Positions 58,100-64,000 of a stretch of 64,000 bases of DNA are shown here, piece after piece. A program made the translations under genes and the position numbers. The stretch comes from Chloroflexota bacterium (lineage in GTDB: Bacteria > Chloroflexota > Limnocylindria > Limnocylindrales > CSP1-4). The stretch's first letter is position 1. Each line of letters begins with the position of its first letter. The notes under the pieces are model-generated. The model worked only from the letters and a program-made list of their open reading frames with translations, made no database searches and was not told the origin of the DNA. The DNA lies in contig JAXLXC010000002.1 of assembly GCA_046328155.1 (NCBI GenBank), forward strand, positions 63,129 through 127,128. The letters run 5' to 3'.

Positions 58100-59453
58100 A
58101 TGGCCCCGGCTCGCGATCCTGTTCGCGGCCACGGGCTTCGTGGAGTCGATGGCGTTCGCCCACTACCTGACGTTCCTGCCGCTGCTGGTCCGCGACCTCG
58201 GCGCGCCGGAGACGGACGTGGCGGGCATGGTCGGGCTGCTGTCCAGCGCGGCACTGCTCGCGGGGCTGCCGCTGGTGCCGTTCTGGGGTGCCTGGGCGGA
58301 CCGGTACAGCCGCAAGGCGGTGGTCGTCCGCAGCGCCGTGGTCGAGGGCGTGCTGTTCCTGCTGCTGGCCTTCGTGCGCGACGTCCAGCAGCTGTTCCTG
58401 CTCGTGCCCCTGGTCGGCCTCGTGCTGGGCAACACCGGCGTGATGCTCGCGGAGCTGTCCGACCGGGTGCCGCGGGCGCGGCTGGGCCTCGCCATCAGCG
58501 TGGTCGGAGCCTCGGGGCCGCTGGGCGTGTCCCTGGGCCCGGCCATCGGGGGCCCCGTGGTCGACAGCGTGGGCGTCCAGACCCTGTTCCTGGTCGACGC
58601 GCTCCTGTCGGGGGTCGCCGTCGTGGCCCTGGTCCTGGCGTACCACGAGCGTCCCGACCGACGGCGCAGCCCGTACCCGGTGCTGACGCTCGTGCGGCGC
58701 TCCCTGGTCGCGGTGGTCAGGACCCCACTCGCACGGACCGTGTTCCTGGCGTACTTCCTGGTGCTCCTGGGCCAGCGCGTGGTGGTGCCGTTCCTGGCGC
58801 TGTACGTGGAGCTGCTGGGCGGGCCGCTGGTGCTGGCGTCGACCGTGGGCCTGGTCGCGGGCGTCAACGGCCTCGCCGCGGCGGTCGGGTCGGCGGGCGC
58901 GGGCGCGCTCGCCGATCGCGTGGGCTTCCGACCCGTGCTCCTGGGTGCCATCGCGCTGGCCACCGCATCCGCGCTCGCCGGTGCGGCCCTCGACGCCCTC
59001 GGGCCGTTCATGCTCGACTACGCCCTGCTGGGCGTGGGCATCGCGACCGCCAGCGCGATGCTGTTCGCGTTCCTCGCCACGGGCCTGCCGACCGACGTCC
59101 GCTCGTCGGTGCTCAACCTGTCGCTGCTGCCGATGTACCTGTCGGGGATCGTGGGGTCGCTGCTCGCGGTCGAGCTGCTGGGCCGGAGCGGTGGCGACCT
59201 GCGTCAGCTGTGGGTCGTCGGCGCGGTGTCGCTGGCGCTGGCGCTGGTCCCGGCATCGCGTCTGGGCGGGATCGGCGGTCTGCGGGTACCCTATCGGCGT
59301 GAGACGCGCCCTTCGCCTGGCCGGCCTCGTGGCGGCGCTGTCCCTGTGGGTGATCGCCGCGCGTGCCAGCGCCGAGTCCCCGGCACCCGCAGACGCCTCG
59401 CCCGCACCGCCCACGCTCCTGTCGTGGGACGTCGTGGGCTCCATGCCGCATGA
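58100..59453 (+). CDS. MFS transporter; probable start out of frame by one nucleotide
   Basis: The body is in the frame of ORF 58140..59453. TM1 (WPRLAILFAATGFVESMAFA) extends upstream of the first in-frame start codon. The only upstream ATG (58100, MAP...) is in another frame, which suggests an indel in the GGCCCCGG run. The C-terminal ~50 aa overlap the next gene. Confidence 0.6.
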
Positions 59454-60108
59454 CACGGACGCCTGGACCGAGGGTCTGCTCATCGACGCCCACGGTCGCC
59501 TGTTCGAGTCGACCGGCATCGTGGGCCACACCTCGGTCCGGGAGGTCGACCGGACGACGGGCGAGGTGCTCCGGAGCGCCGAGCCATCCGACCCGGTCTA
59601 TGGCGAGGGTCTGGCCGAGGCGGACGGCACCCTGCTCCAGCTCACCTGGAAGGACGGCGTGGCACTGGTCTGGGATCCCGAGACCCTGGAGCTGCTGGGC
59701 AGCCATGCCTATGCCGGCGAGGGCTGGGGACTGTGCTCCGACGGCGCGCGATTGGTGATGAGCGACGGCTCGGACACCCTGACCTTCCGCGACCCGAGCA
59801 CCTTCGAGGCGACCGGCAGCGTGGACGTGACGGTGATGGGCAAGCCCCTGGTCAAGATCAACGAGCTCGAGTGCGTGGATGGCGAGGTCTGGGCCAACGT
59901 CTGGGAGACGCCCTACATCGTGCGCATCGACCCATCCACGGGCGAGGTCACCGGTGCCCTCGACCTGACCGGGCTGGCCGACCCCGACCCCTCGGCGGCC
60001 GACCCGGGCGCGGTGCTCAACGGCATCGCCTACGACCCGGACACGGACACGTTCCTGGTCACGGGCAAGCTGTGGCCCACCATGTACGAGCTGCGCGTCG
60101 ACCGCTGA
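59299..60108 (+). CDS. glutaminyl-peptide cyclotransferase (beta-propeller type), secreted
   Basis: GTG 59299. Signal peptide VRRALRLAGLVAALSLWVIAARASA. TEGLLIDAHGRLFESTG, GEGWGL, NELECVDGEVWANVWETPYIVRID, LNGIAYD. Confidence 0.7.
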   Translation: MRRALRLAGLVAALSLWVIAARASAESPAPADASPAPPTLLSWDVVGSMPHDTDAWTEGLLIDAHGRLFESTGIVGHTSVREVDRTTGEVLRSAEPSDPVYGEGLAEADGTLLQLTWKDGVALVWDPETLELLGSHAYAGEGWGLCSDGARLVMSDGSDTLTFRDPSTFEATGSVDVTVMGKPLVKINELECVDGEVWANVWETPYIVRIDPSTGEVTGALDLTGLADPDPSAADPGAVLNGIAYDPDTDTFLVTGKLWPTMYELRVDR

Positions 60109-60168
60109 CGCGGGCCGGGCATGGGGCGGCGGCCGGCTCGCGCCGACCGCCGTGACGAGGGATCGAGC

Positions 60169-61689
60169 TCAGCTGGCTCGCTGGAACACGAAGCCCTGGT
60201 TGCCGCCCAGCGCGGACAGCAGGCTCAGCGAGCCGTCGGCCTCGATCTGCGCGGTGTCCAGGAACGGCAGCAGCGAGAAGTAGCCCGTCTCGAGCCCCTG
60301 GGTCAGCTGGTCGCAGGTCCCTGACGACGCCGCCTCGAAGTCCGTGACGGTGAGCTTCGTGCCGGCGAGCGACCACTGGCCGGAGTAGTCGTTGCAGCCG
60401 CCGAAGCCACCGAAGGTGCCGTCGTCGGAGAACGTGATGTCGATGGCCAGCATGTTGCCCGGCAGCGACTGGTTGACGTAGGTCGTCATCTTCCAGCTGC
60501 CCACGATGTCACCGGCGCCCACCGCTGCGGTGGCCTCCGGGACCGCCGTGGCCGCGGGCGTCTCGGTGGGCACGACGGGGCCTGCCGAGGTGCTGAAGTC
60601 GAGCGTCTGGTCGGCTGCCGTGGAGATGACCAGGTCCTGGCCCGAGATGGCGAAGCCGAACGCGGCCTCGAGGGCGCTGAGATAGCTCGACTCGAGGGCG
60701 TCGGTGGCGCTGCCACAGCTCATCCGGGTCGAGGCCAGGGGCCCGACCGTGAGCGTGTCGCCATCGACCGAGTAGGTGCCCCGGAAGTTGTTGCAGCCCC
60801 CGGAGCCCGTCGCGCTGCCGTCGTCGCCGAACGTGACGCCCATGCCCAGGCTGCCGTCGACCGGGGTCCCATCGATGGCCGTGAGGAACCACGCCTGGCC
60901 GGTCAGGGTCGCGTCGGTGGCGCTGCCGCCGCCGAACACCAGGTCGGCGGTGCCGAACAGGAACAGCTGCCCGTCCTGGGTGCCCCACTGGGTGGCGTTC
61001 TGGAGCCCATCGAGATAGCTCGCCTCGAACGCGTCGGCCGCGTCCCCGCAGGACATGCGGGTGGCCGCCACGGCACCCACCGACAGGTCGCCCGCCTCGG
61101 TGGCCGTGTAGGTCGCGTTGTAGTCGTTGCAGGCCACGCCCGCGAGGGTGCCGTCATCGCGGATGTCGAGCACCACGGACATGCCGGCGGGCGGCGCCTC
61201 GCCGTCCACGGTCGCCAGCGGCCAGGTCCCGACCAGGAGCAGGCCACCCGGAGCCGGGCTCGCGCTGGCGGAGTCGCCGCCATACACGATGGTCGCGCCG
61301 CTGGTGGACGTGACCACCACGGCCGACCCGTCGAGCGCCCAGCTCGCGGCGTCCTGGAGGAGCGTGAAGTAGCTCTGCTCGCGTGCATCGACGTCACTGC
61401 CGCAGGACATGCGGGTGGCCGCGACGCCGGTGACCGTCAAAGTGTCGCCGTCGCTGGTCCACGTCGCGCTGTAGGTGTTGCAGCCGCCGGACCCGGTCAG
61501 CGACCCATCGGTGGCGAAGGTGGCGGTGATGGCCGGGTCGCTGGGGACCGCGGCGCCGTCGAGCTGGGTGACCATCCATTCCACGTCCAGCACCTGGACG
61601 GCATCGGGGGATTGGGCCAGTGCGGGCGCGCCCACCAGCAGCGGCGCAGCGGCCAGGATGGACAGGAGTGCGCGAGGGGCTCGTCTCAT
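60169..61689 (-). CDS. secreted protein with four tandem META (HslJ-like) domains
   Basis: Start MRRAPRALLSILAAAPLLVGAPALAQS. Four copies of the pattern W..T...G......(I/V)T.TF..DG...G..GCN.Y...Y(T/S)..GD.L(T/S)V......TRMSC...........(Y/L)L..L. Confidence 0.75.
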   Translation of the reverse strand: MRRAPRALLSILAAAPLLVGAPALAQSPDAVQVLDVEWMVTQLDGAAVPSDPAITATFATDGSLTGSGGCNTYSATWTSDGDTLTVTGVAATRMSCGSDVDAREQSYFTLLQDAASWALDGSAVVVTSTSGATIVYGGDSASASPAPGGLLLVGTWPLATVDGEAPPAGMSVVLDIRDDGTLAGVACNDYNATYTATEAGDLSVGAVAATRMSCGDAADAFEASYLDGLQNATQWGTQDGQLFLFGTADLVFGGGSATDATLTGQAWFLTAIDGTPVDGSLGMGVTFGDDGSATGSGGCNNFRGTYSVDGDTLTVGPLASTRMSCGSATDALESSYLSALEAAFGFAISGQDLVISTAADQTLDFSTSAGPVVPTETPAATAVPEATAAVGAGDIVGSWKMTTYVNQSLPGNMLAIDITFSDDGTFGGFGGCNDYSGQWSLAGTKLTVTDFEAASSGTCDQLTQGLETGYFSLLPFLDTAQIEADGSLSLLSALGGNQGFVFQRAS

Positions 61690-61819
61690 GGCGTGGATGA
61701 TACGAGCCACCGCGAGCGCTGGCGACCCCCTCCGCAGGTCACGGGTGGGGTCGCCAGTGGGGTCATCGCGCCGGGGCGTCGGAGAGGGTCGCACCGCCCC
61801 GGGCATGGGTGAGTCCGGT

Positions 61820-62737
61820 TCAGTAGCTGGGCACGGCCGCCGTGGGGCTGCCCACCGGCGACGCCGCCGGCGCGGCGGCCGGCACGGAGCCGTCGACCGC
61901 CGCGACGTACCACACGTCGCCGACGCCCTGGCCGGTCACGTCGCCCGCCGCCTGGTCACCCACGAAGTAGTACAGGGGCCGCCCGTCGTAGGTGGCCTGG
62001 GTCGCGCCATCCGCGCGCACGAACGATGCGAGCACGCCGGTCACGCCCTCGCCGGGCGCGAACCCCTGCCCCTCGGCCGGGCCGTACACGGGCCAGTTCT
62101 CGAGGCAGCCGCCCGCCTCGCACACGCTGGCGCCCGGGGCGGTGTCCTTGGTGAAGTAGTAGAGCGTGCGTCCATCGGCATCGACCAGGAAGGTGCCGAG
62201 GTCGGTCGTGGTGGCATTCACCACCAGCCCGCCCGCAGCCGGGCTGGCCGGGCCGTCGAGCGTGCCGTCGACTGCCGCGACGTACCACACGTCGCCCTTG
62301 TCCTGGCCGTTGGTGTCGCCCGCCGCCTGGTCGCCCACGAAGTAGTACAGCGGCCGACCGTCATAGCTGACCTGGGTCTGGCCGTCGGCACGCGCGAACG
62401 TGGCGAGCACGCCCGTCACGCCCTCGCCCGCCGCGAGCGTCTCGTCCGCCTCGAGCGTGAACAGCGGCCAGTTGGTGACGCAGTCACCCTCGCACGCGCT
62501 GACGCCGGGCGCCGTGTCGTTGGCGAAGTAGTAGAGCGTCCGGCCGTCCTCGCCGGTCAGGAAGGTCCCCAGGTCCGAGGTCGCGGCGTTGACGGTGTAG
62601 ACCTCGCCGGCCGGCTCCTCCGACTGCGCCACGATGGGTGCGGCGACGACCAGCGACGCGAGCGCGACCGCACCGGCAGCCGCGAGGGCGCGCCCATGAC
62701 GCCCCGGGGTGCTGGGATGGACGAACTGTGACGACAC
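61820..62737 (-). CDS. secreted protein with two tandem Lipoprotein_15/COG4315-type repeats
   Basis: GGAGGAGGA-N6-GTG at 62737. Signal peptide. The unit LGTFL...DGRTLYYF..DT.PG.S.C...C...WP...YDGRPLYYFVGDQAAGD..GQ..GDVWYVAAVDG occurs twice. Confidence 0.7.
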   Translation of the reverse strand: MSSQFVHPSTPGRHGRALAAAGAVALASLVVAAPIVAQSEEPAGEVYTVNAATSDLGTFLTGEDGRTLYYFANDTAPGVSACEGDCVTNWPLFTLEADETLAAGEGVTGVLATFARADGQTQVSYDGRPLYYFVGDQAAGDTNGQDKGDVWYVAAVDGTLDGPASPAAGGLVVNATTTDLGTFLVDADGRTLYYFTKDTAPGASVCEAGGCLENWPVYGPAEGQGFAPGEGVTGVLASFVRADGATQATYDGRPLYYFVGDQAAGDVTGQGVGDVWYVAAVDGSVPAAAPAASPVGSPTAAVPSY

Positions 62738-62862
62738 GGCGTGTCCTCCTCCGTGGGTCGGCCGCGCGCATGGCGGTCATCCCCTGCGACCCCATACGAC
62801 ACGCGCCGGCGCATCGGTTCACGCCGGGGCGCCGGGCGCGCCCCGCCCGCTCCCCGCCCGCG

Positions 62863-64000
62863 TCAGGCCAGCTCGCGGAGTCGCAGGCGTGCCTCCAGAT
62901 GGTTCGCGTCGAGCGTCGCGACCTCGCGGAACGCGCGCGCGCCGCACGCACCCGGCCGAGGCCCTGGAGCGCGAGGCCCTCCAGGTAGCGCGACTCGACG
63001 CGCTGCCGGAGGGCCAGGTCGTCCGTGAACAGCAGGAACGAGGGAGGAGGTGGCGAAGTAGTCGACCCGCGGCCGACGGGCGCGCATCGCCCGGGCCGCG
63101 CGGAGCATGGCGTGGAGCACGCCGTCGGCGGTCTCGACGTCGCTCAGCTCGCGGAGCGCGCGCGCGCGCCACGCGTCCGCGGGGACGGGTCCTGCCGCGG
63201 GGTCGGTGACGGATGCCGTGGCCGCCTCGAGCGCGGCCCGCGCCGCCCGCTCGTCGCCGCTCGCCCGGTGCGCCTGCGCGACCAGCCACAGGAGCTCGTT
63301 CTCGGGTGCCAGCGGGTGGCGGTCCTCGCCCAGGTCGGCGGGCGACCGCGCGTCGCCGAGGCGCGCGCCAGCGCGGTCGCCGGGTTGCCGGCGGCCAGCG
63401 CCTCGAGCGCCAGCTCGCGGTTGGCCACGACCCACTGTGCCGAGATCAGCCCCTCGCCGCCCTCCCACGGATGGAAGCGCCGGCCCAGCACGACCGCACG
63501 CGCCTCCGCATGCCGGCCGACCTCGTTGAGCAGCGTCACCAGCTCCACGCTGAGGTCGTCCCGGCGCTCGACCACCGAGCGGTGGCGGCGCAGGGCGGCC
63601 AGCCGGGCCGTCGGCGCGTGCCCCAGGCGCTTGCGCAGCTGGTCCAGCTCGTAGAGCACGCGGGCGTCGGTCGGGTCGAGGCGGAAGGCGCGTCGGTAGG
63701 CCGCGAGCGCCCGTGCCGGGCGATGCTCGACGTTGTGGGCCGCGAGGCCCAGGTTGCGATGCACCGTGGGGAAGGCCGGGTCCAGGCGCGCGGACGTGCG
63801 CCACAGCGCGATCGCCTCCGGATAGCGCCGCCGGTCGTAGAGCAGCAGCCCCAGCAGGTATGGCGCGTGTGGGTCGGACGGGTCGGCATCCATGGCGCTG
63901 CGTAGCACGACGACCTCCTCGGGCCGTCCGGGGAAGCAGCGCTCGATGCCCAGGTCGCGGGCCTGGCGGCGCCACTCGGCCGCCGCGCGTGGGTCGTCCG
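62863..64000 (-). pseudogene. TPR-repeat protein (C-terminal part; gene continues past the window edge), at least three frameshifts
   Basis: ...AEWRRQARDLGIERCFPGRPEEVVVLRSAMDADPSDPHAPYLLGLLLYDRRRYPEAIALW...AAGNPATALA in one frame. LGDARSPADLGEDRHPLAPENELLWLVAQAH...VDYFATSS in a second. LLFTDDLALRQRVESRYLEGLALQGLG in a third. FREVATLDANHLEARLRLRELA-stop in the second frame again. One junction falls in the GCGCGCGC run at about 63361. Confidence 0.55.

Noticed and set aside
59299-59453. 155-nt overlap of the MFS ORF with the cyclase gene, considered as a real overlapping-gene arrangement
   Set aside because: The MFS tail after its last TM helix is Arg/Pro/Gly-rich read-through. The true stop may be masked by an indel. 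I treat the overlap as an annotation uncertainty, not as biology.

Overview
This is a 64-kb stretch of very high-GC chromosome (clearly above 70% by eye) with actinobacterial-style gene content, GTG/TTG starts and several apparently leaderless genes. All product calls come from motif recognition in the supplied translations, because no database search was possible. I can support about 65 genes, tightly packed and often translationally coupled through ATGA/GTGA overlaps.

Gene content, in order:
- DsbA-like oxidoreductase and a class-V aminotransferase.
- Operon of a membrane serine protease, MoxR, DUF58, two VWA proteins and a DinB-like protein.
- OmpR/histidine-kinase pair divergent from a sulfite-oxidase-family Moco enzyme.
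- Two paralogous ribose-type (CUT2) ABC importers. The first sits between an isochorismatase-family hydrolase and a nitrilase-superfamily hydrolase. The second follows a SorC regulator and an FGGY kinase.
- MarR/MFS pair, TerC, an isolated infA and a pentapeptide-repeat protein.
- Tandem-HNH gene overlapping tRNA-Gly(UCC).
- Secreted beta-helix and hydrolase proteins, rpiB, a zinc-ribbon protein and an ABC-2 exporter.
- PotABCD-like importer, a cupredoxin and a ferredoxin.
- CarH/LitR-type B12 photoreceptor regulator next to photolyase, a NatAB-like exporter and a signal-less BtuF-like protein.
- ybaK-family gene divergent from proC, then a glutaminyl cyclase and multi-repeat secreted proteins.

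I found no rRNA, CRISPR array, transposase or integrase.

The most unusual points:
1. The low-GC duplicated HNH gene has its stop codon inside the tRNA.
2. The CarH / photolyase / B12-binding cluster has an 11-bp-phased repeat operator candidate.
3. Single-nucleotide frameshifts are distributed very unevenly. They destroy some genes (epimerase, DapA-like, SorC, FGGY kinase, methyltransferase, TPR protein) while long neighbouring operons are intact.

I did not find a convincing new multi-gene defence-type system. The items below are leads, not demonstrations.
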